From Phoronis australis (Eukaryota; Animalia; Phoronida), in NCBI GenBank assembly GCA_002633005.1, contig NMRA01000557.1:19679-83678 (forward strand): DNA of 64,000 bases. Reading direction: 5' to 3'. Below the pieces are notes generated by a model. The model was given only the letters and a program-made list of their open reading frames with translations, searched no databases and was not told the DNA's origin. The translations under genes and the position numbers were made by a program. How positions within the stretch are numbered: the stretch's first letter is position 1; each line of letters opens with the position of its first letter. Below, piece after piece: positions 13,318 to 27,284 of the stretch.

Positions 13318-14530
13318 ATTAACTGACGTCTAAGTTGCATTGATACTTCGTTTAAAAACAAAATAACATGACGATGTTCTCCCGTTCAGTGACATTACCA
13401 GACGTAGAGGGTTGTGAGCGTCTGAAAACATCTAGCTCCTTTGTAATTGCTGAGCTCAGTCTTTTGTCTGGTATGACAACAGGCAGGCCATTTATCTACC
13501 AGGCTTAGTACATGTACAGACCACGTGTGAACACAGTCAAACCTAAAGTGAATTGGTAGGTTCGGAAAGAAAACATTGTCGTATTTTCGGTTGAAGTTGG
13601 GCGATTTTGGAAATTCAAAAACTAAACATGATCAACATTTAACTAGTAATTCAGAAATGCTATTGGTTTATGTTCAAATAGGTTATAATTTATACGATTT
13701 CATTGAAGATTAGAGCAATTATCGAATCAAAGATCGAACAAGGTGGGAGCAACGGGAAAACGCCGTGGGCCGTTATGAGATAATGGCAACCCTAACTGGT
13801 AAGAAAAAAAAAACAAGTAGACAGGGGTACTAAAAATAAAGTAATGAAAGCACGCCATATATACATATTTAAAGCCAACGTTCCGTTGGGAAGTGGCCCT
13901 TTGTCAAGATTAATGCAAACTAACTTTTGAGTCTTTTTGTAATATTCAAAATGGGCCAAGTTAATTCTACTCTCCACATTGCAGGATTTTACTCTGAGTA
14001 AATGCCAGAGAAAATAATTTGGCTGTAATAACAACCACAATTGTTAAAACAGTAGTGCTAGGTATTACCTTCTGCTTCATTAGCTCAGATCTACATCTGA
14101 ATAGACATCATAAAAGTTGTCTGGGGCTGAGGGAATCTGAGCGGTGACTAGTGTAACCGAGAAATTCTCCACATGTGCTAAAATGTTAAAAAGAACTAGC
14201 TGAGCGCTACGCAGCTATAGTCCTCATTAACAAAAAAATCTGCAATTTGTAAAATTTGTGACAAAGGCACACGCGCAACGTCCGGGTCTCGCTTTTCCGC
14301 GACTTACGGCTCCGCGGCAGCGGAAAGAAAATCTCACCTAGATCAACTGCCGAGCGTTCCCCCGAATTTCAGAAACAATAAAGATTTGAGTAGCCAATAG
14401 CGGAGTTGCAACCGAATCGATTTAATGATTGCGCATGTCCGGAAATTAGGGTGCGTAAAGGCTATTGGGATTGATACGGGTATATGAAATGGCCGATTGC
14501 TTTGCACGACCTGTGATTTGTGTGCATTAA

Positions 14531-15502
14531 ACAGTACATACCATGGATTTTTGCACATTTTGAATTACCGGTGGCCACAGACTAAATGCATGACGTAAAA
14601 TTTAGCTAAACCCATGTTTATTTTGTGTAATTAGCTCGAAATTTTTCTTTTTCTTTCAATTTTGCCAATTTTCACATTTCCCGCCATGTGTCGTCATGGG
14701 TTGAACACAAGAGATCGGTGACTAGCGTTGAACAATGGCGGAGACCAGGGAATTTGAACGTGACGACGATTATGAGCAAGAATTGAACGAATACTATGAA
14801 GAAACGTACGGGAATGGTGGCCAGGATGAGGAAATGGGGTTGCACGAAAGCGAGAACAAGTTTAATGTGCTTCCGGCTGCGTACTTATCTACTTTGAGCC
14901 TTATGAACTGGATCCTCCCGCGAGAGAAGCGGCCTCGGGCTCGGCGAGTCAACCCAGTCATCCAACAGACTTTCCTGAATTAAGAGCTGATGTTTCCGAA
15001 TGATAAATATTGTCCCTTATTGAATCAGGCCTTCATCGTAACGTCTCCTGTGACTGGAGTCGAAACACGAGTCCTCAAAGTTGGCAGAACACAGAGTGGC
15101 CCCGGACCGAATCGCTTGGTCCACGATGACGTCCCACAGTGGCCACACTCTCGTTCGGCGCACGAAGCCATGCCACTTCTGCGCAACTTTGGTGTCCTTC
15201 GGAACACCGAGACGTTTTCCGCCTGGCTGCTGTTGCTGCAGCCTCCGGAAACACATCTTTTGATCCCTCTACGAACCTTCTCGACGCTAAATGTACTTTG
15301 CTTTCTCTTCACTCTATACACTTTGTCTCTGATCCGAACAGTATTGCGAACGACTTGGGTTCAACCCATGACGTAGTACATAATTATTACTTTTTTCAAT
15401 TTTTGCGTGTTTCTTTATGAGCTGTGCACTAAAAGCACTGAAATCAAGTAACATAAAATTATAAAATTTATTTTGAGGTACTAGAGTCATGTTGTGTACA
15501 CT
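14531..15502. mobile_element. Kolobok internal-deletion derivative (THAP relic on -, KolX/P2X7-C-like N-terminus on +)
   Basis: TTAA on both sides with an 11/15 degenerate TIR. - strand frameshifted THAP: KRCVSGGCSN..PKDTKVAQKWHGFVRRTR..LCSANFEDSCF. + strand acidic ORF from 14735, then after a frameshift YFEPYELDP..RADVSE. Confidence 0.65.
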
Positions 15503-15641
15503 TTAAACTACGTTGCTATATGTAATTCTGTCGCTATTTGCCCTAATAAGCGCCCATGCCCCAATAAGTGCCCCAACGCGTTGTTAGACTTTGCTAAAGT
15601 AAGCGCCCAGCCCATGAACTACATGCGAAAAATGCCTTACC

Positions 15642-16325
15642 CAATGGCGGATCTAGGATATCACAAGGGGGGCTAACATTTTGTCATTTGCACAAACCAC
15701 GATTGTAGATGCGTATAGCACCGAATGGGGGAAGGTCGGGAGGGGGGTTTGCCCCCCTTCCGCCTAGAGAAATTGTCTTTTTTTCCTCTAAAAATCAAGC
15801 ATTTTCCTTGATTCCTGAAGTATTATCCGAGAAAAAAAGGCAAAAAAAAACACAGAGAACGTGTCAAACAGGAAAAACTGCACGCACCACAGACTCGAAC
15901 TCACGACCCCGCGGAGAGAGCGCGCGTGCTTTACCACCACACCACTACGGTTTAACTACTAATCTTGTGCTAAGGGACCTATTTTTTTGTGGTCCACAGC
16001 GTTTGTGCCCGAAACCTACTTCTTTTTGTAATGCTCATTACACGTTTTATATTTTGTGCAATCGGTTCTTAACAAATTTGTTGTATTTAAAATAGTCTTC
16101 AAATGCCCGAAAGACCAAATCCGTTTTTGTGTTGGCAATAATGACGGGATTGCTTTGGAAATCGTCTTAAGTTAAGGATTGACAAAGAGAGAATTATGAG
16201 TTACTGAGTTATTCACCAAGGCTTCGATTAAAATTCACATCTTACCAGCAGATTCAGTTTGTTCATGATCGTCACTCAGGTTCCAGTTTCTTTAAAATGA
16301 AGTAAATTTCTTTATTGTTCAGTGG
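15642..16325 (+). mobile_element. 3'-truncated copy of the CAGTGGCGGAT-terminal MITE family
   Basis: Collinear, highly similar to 56555-57250 and 62678-63360. Confidence 0.85.
15881..15948 (-). ncRNA. tRNA-derived Pol III-like cassette inside the MITE (not a functional tRNA)
   Basis: - strand reads gtggtgtggtggtaaagcacgcgcgctctctccgcggggtcgtgagttcgagtctgtggtgcgtg: A-box-like TGGTGTGGTGG, B-box GTTCGAGTC, followed by TTTTT. Confidence 0.55.
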
Positions 16326-19300
16326 ATGTTATGATTTTACAACTATATAATATATTGAGAATTATTCCAGTTGTGCAATGATATGTTCCTGTGTAAGTTG
16401 GTTAAAGTCCTTCTCTCACGCGTTGTTAACCCTTATTACATACATGTAGTTAGAGGATGTTATAAGGATCCAAGAAGTACCTACCCCATAACTCATACAC
16501 AATCCGTACTCGAAAAAAGTTTAAATGAACGCGCCACTCACGATTCGCACCCGAAGAACCACCGCCATTTTGAACTTGCCGCGAACCCGGAAGTACAATT
16601 CATTCAGGAACCCTGAGGCCGAGAAAACGCTGTCAGTGCGACTGGAGCAGTGCCTGTACTGTTACCAGCCAGAAAACGGGGATAGAATAATCGACAGCGC
16701 GCCTAAATTTTAATAAAATCAAACTACGGACAACTTTATCGAATTTGCTGAAGAAATGTGGCAAATAAATTTTGACAGAAATTATTTTGCCAGGCTCGGG
16801 ACCGCAGCCTATCGGACCCGGTGCGGATCAAGACACTGGCGAACGGTAAATGCATGCGATTGCAAGCTGTTTTGTCAAAGTAAAATGGTCAAATCATAAA
16901 TGCTGCATATATTCAAGGGTAGTTTCAGACACTTGCATGGAATTACGGGCTGGTTAGTCCTGTGTCACATTGCCGCTGCAGACTTTTAGCCTCAGTCACC
17001 AGCTACCAGTGAAGACTATCGTCAAAATACAACTTGTAAGTAAGCCTATACAGCTTTGCGCCAAGGCTACGCTTAGGCCAAACTGGTCGCTGGCCACAGC
17101 GCTCGCTCAAACGAGGTTTATTTAGAACTTGGGTACTTCTGGCGAACTGTGCAAAGTTGTTGGCTTTCAATAGAGATTTTCCCAGACTTTGTATGAGCGC
17201 ACCAAGCCTAANNNNNNNNNNNNNNNNNNNNNNNNNNNNNNNNNCCATGGTGACGGAATAGTGTTTCCTTACACCAGAATTTGACAAGCATCATTTAAAA
17301 AATATGAAGTTGCAAGGAACAAGAATTAGAGGCTTGAAGCTTCTCAATCCAACATAGCTTATTTCTCAAATTAAGATTATTCATATTGTTGACTTGATAA
17401 CCTGAATTAAGAAGCAATAAGTTACAAAACATGACTTGAAAGCAATTGAGACTTAAAATTTAGAAAAATATTAATCATTTTGTGACACCGAATCAAGTCT
17501 TGAACAGGAGTTGACAGTCAAACAAAAAACCATTTCAAAATTATTTCAACTATTTTTTTAGCTTAGTGTAAGATCACCTGAATGGGAAATTTACAGTAAA
17601 ATAGTTCGAATACATCTTATATTTTTGCAAAAAAAAAACACGAAAATTGAACACAGTTTCTTTTTTGTAGCAACGATTGTCAGAATGTATCAACGTTAAA
17701 TCTTCACAAATTACACAGTAGCCGATTGAACATGCCTTTGAGTTCAGCAAAAGTCGCCATGTTGTCGGTGCCGCCAGAAATGAGACGAAGTCAAACGGGA
17801 ATTGTGAGCACATTTATCACTTAATGAGTAACAACTGCGAGGCTGAAATTTGGTGAACACTATTAAATCGTGAAGAATAATAAGTAAAGATAGGTCTAAC
17901 TAAATTTCACCGTCATTTGTTGGCGAAAACAATTTACACAAAGTTTTAAACTCGTAACTTATCCCGCTGTCCTCCAATATGGCCGACGCGATCCACACAC
18001 ACGTGACCCAAATTTCGACACAAAACTTGCAATAACTTTACACTGCTTGCCCCGATTTTGATACTTTTTCAATTTTTACTCAGTAGAATGCACTACCTTT
18101 CCGATGGTAGCAAAGTACTTTTTCAAAGCGAGAAAAAAATAAAACCGAAAAAAATAGGTTCGACCCATATATTGGTTCCTAGTTTCGACCGGCCTACATG
18201 TACGTAAGGAACTAACACCAATGCTATTTTAACATACTAAGTACACGTAACATTCCAAAAAACATCAACGACCACTAACTACAAACTATAAATACACTAC
18301 ATATGCAAACGAATCACGAGATATTACTAACAAAACAAAATAATGAAGACTTTTCGAGCAAGCGATAGCACATTCAATTACAAGGAAAAATGGCGGCTCC
18401 AGACAAGTTCCTGAACTAATGAGCCGGAAATGCGAGTACGGAAATAACCGATGACAACCGGTAATCATACGCCCAGAGAGAAGGTTCAAATACTGTTCAA
18501 AAATCGCTTTTGGCAAGAAAGGCGAAAAGAATATAAAGAAAGGGTGTCGAAAATAAGAATTCATGTAGCAAGTATTTTCGGATACTGGAACCACATGGGC
18601 AATTTGAGAGAAGGACTTTAAGCAGACGTCACTGGTGTCATTCATTTAAATGAACACCAGTGAGTAGAACAAGAAACAAAATAATGGCAGATTTTTTATA
18701 ATGTTGGCCACAGTTGTCAAGAGAATCTTAGACATTATTAACATAAACAAGCAAGCTTGTTTATTCATGGTTTTAATTTGAATGTGTAAACTAAGTACTG
18801 GGTAAGGTCACGCTAAGGGGTACAATCACAGTGATGTCAAAAACATGATAATTTATGCCCGTTTNTATATAGTCTTACTGTATGGATTAAAATGTCAACA
18901 TCACAGCCGTTATCGCAACACACTTCGTGAAAAACATAAATTTTCTCATATTCTTGTTATTCCAACTATGTTCTCACTTATATTAACTGAAAATATATTA
19001 ATTTAGCTACAACTAACCACTAGTTTTTTCCTACCAGCTTGAATTTGAATTTCAAGCACTGATGTCACACTTTTGTGCCCCTTAGCGTGACCATGCCCAA
19101 CATTGAACAAGCTTACTGTAGACTTTATATGCATCCCAAAATGAGACTCAAGCTAACCAAGGTGATCTTACACCTTAGAAATAGGCTGATGTCACAATTC
19201 ACTGACTATTCTTTTTCATGGTATAATACAACCTCTAAATCAGCTTGCGACTTTCCGGCGTTTTCGTGCTACCATCATCATTGTGTTCGATCCCAGACTA

Positions 19301-22300
19301 TATGTTTTGGCCATACGTGTTCAGTCAAACGTTCCACATGTGCTTGGTTAACAGCTTTGAAGTGATTAGGTCAAATACATGTACAGTGTACACAGTTGAG
19401 CCATATGGCCCTAATTGTGTATTGCTTCAACATCCAGTTCCTATATTCCCATGTACAGTATTCTGTACCCTGCATGTCTTCGAACTCTTCGAATTTCATA
19501 CCGGCTTTCTGACATGGTAAAGCGCACCAATTTCCATGCCCCACACCTCGTCAAACGTTTAGTCCCTGTCCTCCCCCCGGAAAATAAATTAACCTTGACA
19601 CTCATAATGGGTTCAGACTGACCTCAGACGAGGCTACTACATGTATGTCGAGTTCAGAGATAATATTTGCTCGGTTTACACGAACAAAGAAGTCGTGTAT
19701 TTTATGGGTTTTAAGCGCAATCAAAGGGACTGAAAAGGCTGTTCAAATGCTTATCAAAAAAAAAAGAATCACAGCTCATTCACTCTGTGACCGGCGCCAG
19801 ATTGCACAGACAATATGAAAATAACCTTTATCCCATACGCGTTGAATCAGTCGAGGGAACTACGGCCATCTAACAATGTTTTCCGTATTCACCTACCACA
19901 CTACTTCAACAGGCCAGTCTTTCGGTAAATACAATATCAAATTATTGTCATTTAACTATTTTCAGGAGATGTTACAGCTTCAGTACACAGTTACCGTTGT
20001 TTTCATCTTTTCAGGCAATAAATCGTTGCATTTAAAAGTGTTTCTTCTACTAGAGTTTAAACTTGCAACCTAACGCGCAGGTACATACCTATAGGATGTG
20101 ATCCGCATCGTGAAGAGTCTGAGTGAAGTACTTAAAAAGTCTGCAAAAAATGAAAGAAATTTAGGAATTCGAACCTAACTCGATTGGCGTAGATGAAGTA
20201 ATATCACACGCGACATTATTCCGTGTAGAGATCGGGACTGAAGGTCGAGGTCTATACGCGGAATATTTCTTCATCTACAGTGTACGCAACTCTCGGTACG
20301 TGGTATTTCACCATGGTGTTGACAGCAATACTAGGATCCTGATAATGTCTTCTCCCTATTATTTTTTTAATTCAGATTATTGCTGCATCAGAATCAAATG
20401 ACATATGGATATAAGCATATCCAAGTTTCCTGATACCCGCACTTGTTTATGCTACACTTGAAAACGCAACCTTTTCGGTTTATATACACTGTACAGTATA
20501 GTGTCGAGGGTGCGCATCGTGTAGTATCATACTCCACGGTTTTGTTAAATAAAATCGCGACAACTTGAAAGTACGGGAGAAGTGACAATTGAAGTAAAAC
20601 ACCGACTTAATTTCAAACAAAACACAGATGACATAAAACCCAGACCTCAGGAAAAAAGTGAAAAAATATTCAATTGACGTATTTTAGCATCAACTGCCCA
20701 AGGACCAGTTACGTATAATTTTTGTCTGCTATGAAAACTTAATTTAATTTCCTGTTTATGTTTTTGTATTATGTTCTCCAAGTGTGATAAATGCTTTCAT
20801 TTTTCATCTCGGATACTCAGTAGTCAATATTTGTCTGCTTCTGGCATGAGCTAAAAATGATAAAAAAATATTCAGACGTTCTGCATTGTTACACTCGACA
20901 AAAGCATTTACCGCACATTTTTGATGTTCAGTGTTTGGTATTATCGACTTCTTTTTCTTAAATCAAGCATATTATCTGGAGCTCGTAAGCTAAAAGTAAT
21001 AAAAACATATTCAGACGTTCGCCATTGTTACGGTCGACAAATGCACTTATCGCACATTTTAATGTTTGCGTTTGGTGATATCGAATTCCTAATCTTAAAT
21101 CAAGCACGTTACCCGGGACTATTAGCAATAACGAGGATCCGTACAGTATGTGTAGCTTAGTCTCGTGTACTCGTGTACTAATGAACCTTTTTGGAGTTAT
21201 CTGTACATGTATAATGAAAAGTGTGGGATTTTAGTCGCTGTTTCCGCTGTCGCCATTCTTGAAGTTACACAAAACCTGTGCTTTCTGTCAAAGTTTTCAT
21301 TTAATGCACTTGTATCTTGATGAACGCTTCTTGTTCAGGAGCGACGTCTTAACTCAGAAGACATTTCTTCAGGCAATTCTGATAAAATTCCACATCACGC
21401 CGTGACCCATAACCTTCTTCCGAAGAAATATTACACTCCCTTCCGCCATCTTGTTTTAGGCCCGTATGGGAAAAACTTTCAAATTCAGGTTTTGTCAGTT
21501 TAGTTGACAACTTAAAACATCCACATCCAATCGCTCAATTAATATACTTTACCCTTTCGTTGACCTGCAACATTTTTTCTTAGACTTATCGTTTTTGCGT
21601 TATTTGCCTTTGAATTTCAGAAAAATGCAAAATTTGGAAATTTTTGAAATTTTTTTTCGGAATTTTGTAAATCTACGCTTTTAGATAGAATTTTGAACCG
21701 GCTTTCAGGAGATGTTTTTCATTTTTCGCTATGACGTCTACTTTTTGAATTATTGGAGATTATCTGATAGCGCAATACGTTCCATTGTTGACCGATTTTT
21801 CAGCACTCTTGTTGTTGTACAGGGAGTATGGATAAAAATAATATTGTACTTGCTTTTTAGCTCAAGACAGACTTAAATCAAACTTGAGCAGAAGATCACA
21901 GCTTAGTGCATACACCTCACGAAGGCGAACACGATTTCGTTTTTACATGACCTAGACTATGATGGACATTTTGTTGTACAATGTTTAAGCATTTACACCT
22001 AAAAAAGAAAAAAAATCCGGCGTTGTTAATTGTGTGTGGTTGGAATAATCTTATAACTACAACAACATCCAGTGAATGAATTTGGCCAAAGACTAAAGAC
22101 ATTTTCCGTTGAAAATAGTTTCTACTGAACATCCATTGACTGTGCTAAAATATATGTGCATCCAACAGTTTGTGTACGTCCTTCCTATTTTACATCAATT
22201 TGTCATGTTCGTTTCTACTCCACTATACTTCAGTTCTTCATAAATGGAACACAACTACCGTTCTTCTGCATCTGTGTTATTTTTATTATTGTTTGCAATT

Positions 22301-22939
22301 AACTCTGATGAACCTTAAAGTTTTGCAATGCATTCAGTTCCTACAACTTTGGTTCAAATTGTGTCCCATTAGTTCCTCGCCACTATTTCTCGAATAAACA
22401 AGTGAAGAAAAGGAGATTTTTTACTTTATATAAGCTTAGTTTTAGAACTACAAGCGGTATTTGATTTTACTGTTATTGCTTGGACTTTCCTGAGTCCTGA
22501 TTTGATCTGTAGGTTTTGAAATTTTTCCATTGACGTTGTGTAATGCTTTGTTTAACGTTTGTTTAAATAATAGTGCGATTGCGAGTATATGTTTAGTCTT
22601 TCGGGGTTTCAGTTGTCTAACTGGTTCATCTTTATATAATCCTAGGTGTTCACATTTACCACTGTAAGCATGGTTATAAACTGTGCTTTTGTTTTATATC
22701 CTTCAAATTGTTTATTAAGCTGATGCAGCTGGTCAAAAGTTATTCCATCTCTTCATTTTTAGTTTTGGAGTATGGGTCCTCTACCTGCTGTCACCCTTCA
22801 TTTTCTCTGTTTATTTCGCTTCGTACATGTATATACGTTCATTCCACTCTGCCTGATGATGACACAAGAAGTCTGGAAATAGAGCTTGTTTGTCCGTTCT
22901 GTCTCTAGGTGATTTTCTACATAACTGCTCTCCTGAAGA

Positions 22940-23435
22940 TAGGAACCTTCAGCCCACAACTCAAAAGGCTCACTTCGCAGAAAAAATACTACTCCAAAAC
23001 AAAACCTTAATCCGATATCCTACTACTCCGAAAACACAACTGCTCCAAAGAAACCCCCGCCTCCTCTAAATATTAAGACATTTGTCTCATGTTATAACAT
23101 TAATATGAAATCTGTTGGTCAAGCGAACGTCAAAAACGATACGACGGTAACTACAAAGAAAGTAGAAACGGCTAAAACAAATCATTGGATTTCATTGTCC
23201 AAATTTTGTTTTTTGTATGGGCATTTTGATACTAAGTAACAAGTTAATAACCCTTTTTTGAAATTGGGAGAAAATTTATGAAGGTAGACAATAAAATTAA
23301 AAAATTCTAAAGCAGTTCGTAGTAATGTTTTTTCGGAGTAATGGGGTGTTCGCAGTAGTTGGTTTTCGGAGTAGGGGGCCTTCAGAGTATCGTTTTTTCC
23401 GAGTAGTGGGTCTTCGGAAAAGTAAACCTGTTGCC
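22940..23435. mobile_element. Foldback-type MITE with inverted arrays of ~15-bp subterminal repeats
   Basis: Repeated tactccgaaa-like units on the left and ttcggagta-like units on the right. Confidence 0.6.
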
Positions 23436-23502
23436 GGTTCAATCTACTGAGCGAGTCAAACGGGCATATTCAAAATTCAAACTTTTATTCCAGAATCGCA
23501 AA

Positions 23503-23654
23503 CATGGGCAGCGCACCATAGGGGGTTGGTGGGAGGGGGGTTATAGCCCCCACTTGTTTTCAGTGCTGCGCCGCTTTGGTCTATGGGCGGTGCACCACAG
23601 AGGGGCTGGGGGGTCTATAGCCCCCTTTTTTTCAAGTCAGCTGCGCCATCCGTG
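23503..23654. mobile_element. Dimeric GC-rich CATG-terminal mini-MITE
   Basis: Two ~77-bp units; flanks gcaaa/gcaga (4/5 TSD match); inverted homolog at 25620-25765. Confidence 0.65.
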
Positions 23655-25619
23655 GCAGAGTGGAATTTTCCGTTCAAAACGCCAGCCCACGGACCTGTTT
23701 ACTACCTGCTGATTTACCCACGACTACCTGCAAGTTAAAATCTTGAGCACGATTTTAGCAAATCTCTGATGCCGGTAGACTTCCAGCTCTCCCAGGCATA
23801 AATTGTATAGTTCGGGATTGCATTTTTTGTGAGGTCGACATATGCGTGGTGTAGAGGATAGCATTTCGCAGCTTATGCAACAAGTGACAGCACTTATGCA
23901 ACTATACTCTATTGTGTGCACAGTGTCACGTGTCGCGACCCAGACATTAACCTAGCATTGTCGTCAGTCATACATGTCATTTGGCCCAAAGGTAGCGTTG
24001 TGGATAGGGATTGTTATCTAAAGTGGACCAAGTCAGTAGAAGAATTGAATTCTGAGCTAGAATCGTCAGGTTTGTTTTGCTTTTCTCTAATTTAATGCTT
24101 TGTTTGTTATTTTTGTGCGGACACAAACATGAAGTTATTTAAATAAAATTTCGTTTACATTTTCATCTGAAGAACTTTTGGCCGCCGTGATAATGCAGTG
24201 ACGTAAATGGAAACGCATTTTTTACATGATTGGCGAAGAGCCTTTTTAGCTCAAGCAAACCTGCGTATAAGGGTTTTCAAACAAACGGAAATGACAAATG
24301 GCTACTGTCTATTATCCAAATCTAAAACGGAGAGGTCTTATGTTGGTTGCGATGGAGGATTTAAGACAGAATTTAAACTTCAAAATCATTTCTTCACAAA
24401 TATGAAAGATTGTGAAACCTTTGTTTTATAATTGCTGAGTTAAAACGAATTTTCTGAAATTCTTGTAACTGGATGCTGGTCCAAGTATCGGCATGTGGAG
24501 AATATAGACAAGGTGTCAGTGTTTTTTAATTTCGACATTTAAAGTGCTAATGGCAAACCATTCACAGTTGAGAGTTCAGTCAGCGAATATGATCGGTTGG
24601 GAAAATATTGAAACTATGTACTTGTAAACGACCCGCGAAGTCTATTGGTATTGAGTCTTTATTAACGCTGCGTTGGCCAGAACAAAGAGGTATCTGTTAA
24701 AAACGGCTTCCAAGGGTCATTGATCAACATGAACACGATACAGACGGTGTGAACAAGAACTTTTTTGAATGAGCCTGTGACTTTCCGATCCCACTAATGA
24801 CGTACTGAGGAATGTAACTTTTCTAAGTTTCTAGCCGGGAACAGTACAAAGCGACGAGTGCCCTGGGATTCCATTGTTTTCTTCTTGTGACGTACATGTT
24901 CACTTCGATCAAGCGACACGTTTCCAGGGCATTTCAAAATTTGATGATTATACCCAATAAGATTTAATTATTGATAACAATCCAATCCGATGTTTATTGA
25001 ATAATGAATTTATTGACGTCATATTGACTACCGAGTAGACTAGTCCACGGATCCACCGACCACAGTGCAGCCAACAAGCGGCAAGGTGGGGGGGGCAACC
25101 ATTCAGAACCATGTTTACTCTAATAAATCACATTAGGGATGGCAATTAACTGAGTTAAGTATGACACCAGAGAGTTTGGTGATTTTGGAGATACCAAGGT
25201 AGTGTTCTGAGGGTGGGCAAAATAAGTCATTATTTTAATCGGAATGAGCCAATTTTTACTACAGTTTGTACTGCAGTTTGCTTCAAATCGAATCTTTTTC
25301 TGAATAATTTTGATATCACGTGATAGGTTCTTGACCAATGTAAGCAAAAAGTTAGATGGTAACACTGGAACTGTTTCAGTGGAGGTACATTTCATACATG
25401 TAAAAAACCATCATTAAGTTACACCCTAAGATCTAAACTGCCCGCATGAGAAAACTAAAAATAATAACACGAGCATGTAGGTTTGCAAATTTATCTGGCC
25501 CTGCCAGTCGCATCAAATGAAGTATTTTTTACAAATGACCGAGAGAAACAAATATGAAAACTCTTGGGAAATGCACAAGGAAAATAACGAGAAATTTAAG
25601 AACATTGAGGGAGGTGATG

Positions 25620-25765
25620 CATGGGCGGCGCAGCACTGAAAAAAGTGGGGGCTAAAGCCCCCTCCCCCCAGCCCCCCTGTGGTGCACCGCTTATAGACCA
25701 TGGGCGTGGTAACATTGAAAAAAGTGGGGCTATATCCCCCAGCCCCCTATGGTGTGCCGCCCATG
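25620..25765. mobile_element. Dimeric GC-rich CATG-terminal mini-MITE
   Basis: catgggcggcgca..gtgccgcccatg; flanks tgatg/tgata. Confidence 0.7.
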
Positions 25766-25838
25766 TGATATGAAGGAGGTGGAAGGTGTCCTCTTGAGAA
25801 GTAGTCCGTCTGCCTCGGAGGCAGGTGTGCAGCAGGAG

Positions 25839-26545
25839 AGCTACAATAGTTCCCATTGTTTTCTATACGAATGTCCTCCCGTGTATTTTAAACGGGCGGT
25901 TGGCCAAATCCGGCCTTCGATTGGGAGTTTCACCTCTTCAAAAATACATTTTACACTTAAGACTACCACTTAAAAAAGCGCTTACTTTCTTCAGTGATCC
26001 TTTCTATCTCTATACATATCTTTTGTGAAGCTTAGTCGGTTACGAGAATTAAGACGACTTTGGCGAAGAACTTCACCTCCACTTTTTTGGTCACCGTTAA
26101 CTTTTTCACCATGCGTGCGATAACCACAAAGTATTGCAACTGAGTGACCTGAGTTAGGCAAAGGCTAGCGCGAGACTGAGCGAAGCGCGTGACGCTGGCG
26201 CATGACACTTGCAAAATAGCATGGGAAGGTATCAGGCGAAATTTGTAAGATTTGTATCTCTTGGACTTTTTATTCGTCAACAGGCGTGATTTCGCGTAAC
26301 TTCCTTAAAATGGCACCCGACAAGAGAAATTCAAACAAACCGCGACAGATTTTCATCGATTTGTTCAAATTATCTTGACTGAATCGTCTCTTGACTTATG
26401 GTATAATTGTGTTGATCACAACTCCACGTGCATATTTGCATGTTTCATTTGATTTTATTTTCTGTATTTTGAAATTCGTAGCTTTTTGTGGGGATGTGCT
26501 ATCGCCCCTGAATGCTTGCGGCATCCAGGGCGATGTAATTGCCTA
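25839..26545 (+). mobile_element. Hairpin-ended non-autonomous element with 8-bp TSD (family B)
   Basis: TSD agcaggag at 25831-25838 and 26546-26553; 3' hairpin at 26501-26534; homologous to 47594-48112, 52999-55075(-) and 60701-60848(-). Confidence 0.75.
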
Positions 26546-27284
26546 AGCAGGAGCTAGATAATCTAGTAGATTCACCAAACGGAATCATCGATACAACCCT
26601 CGCCATACACTGGCGTCGCCAAAGACACTGAATATATCCACTGCACATACATGTACATGTAGGATGGGAGATCCGACAGAGGTCTGGAAAACGATAGAAG
26701 GCGGGTAAAACCAAGGCTGAACGTCCTGCTTCGTGTGAGGTCAGGTAAGGATCACCCATCTCCAGGGTCTGACCCTGAGGAATATTTTAAGAGCACGTCA
26801 TTCATGCATACCTACTTTTAGTGACCCACTGTGATTGCTTAAAACTTGGGCCTTATTGCTTAATTATATCTCATTTCAAATGTCTTGAAGTATATACAGA
26901 CAGTTACAAATCGACTACATTACTGTAGAGGGGAACAGCTGATCAAAATGAATGTCAAACCAACATTGTTAGCAATATCCTGTCTGTGAAAAATTTTGTT
27001 TGGTTAAGATCATCAATTTTGTTACGCCTGTAGGACTGCAACATGCAGTTGAAATAACAACTTTTGTGAGGGGCTATCGTTCGGTTGTGGTCCACAAATC
27101 TCCCGTTTCGGTTCCGATAACGATAAACGCCACTTAATGACCAGTATGTTCACTAAACCGAAATTATGTTCCACTGGCATACAAAAAAGGTAGTCATCAT
27201 AGCTTTTCTTAATAACTACCAAATGTGTTTACACATTTTACATAACTTCTGCCTATTACCTGCTTTTAAAGACAAGACAGTAAG

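Noticed and set aside
14735-14983. Acidic 82-aa ORF as a host gene
   Set aside because: Frameshifted, inside a TTAA-bounded element and converging on a THAP relic.
15881-15948. Functional tRNA gene
   Set aside because: No clean acceptor stem or anticodon arm, and copies decay with the host MITE.
19200-19520. Protein-like minus-strand reading (MKFEEFEDMQG..)
   Set aside because: Interrupted by stops, no recognisable motif or splice support.
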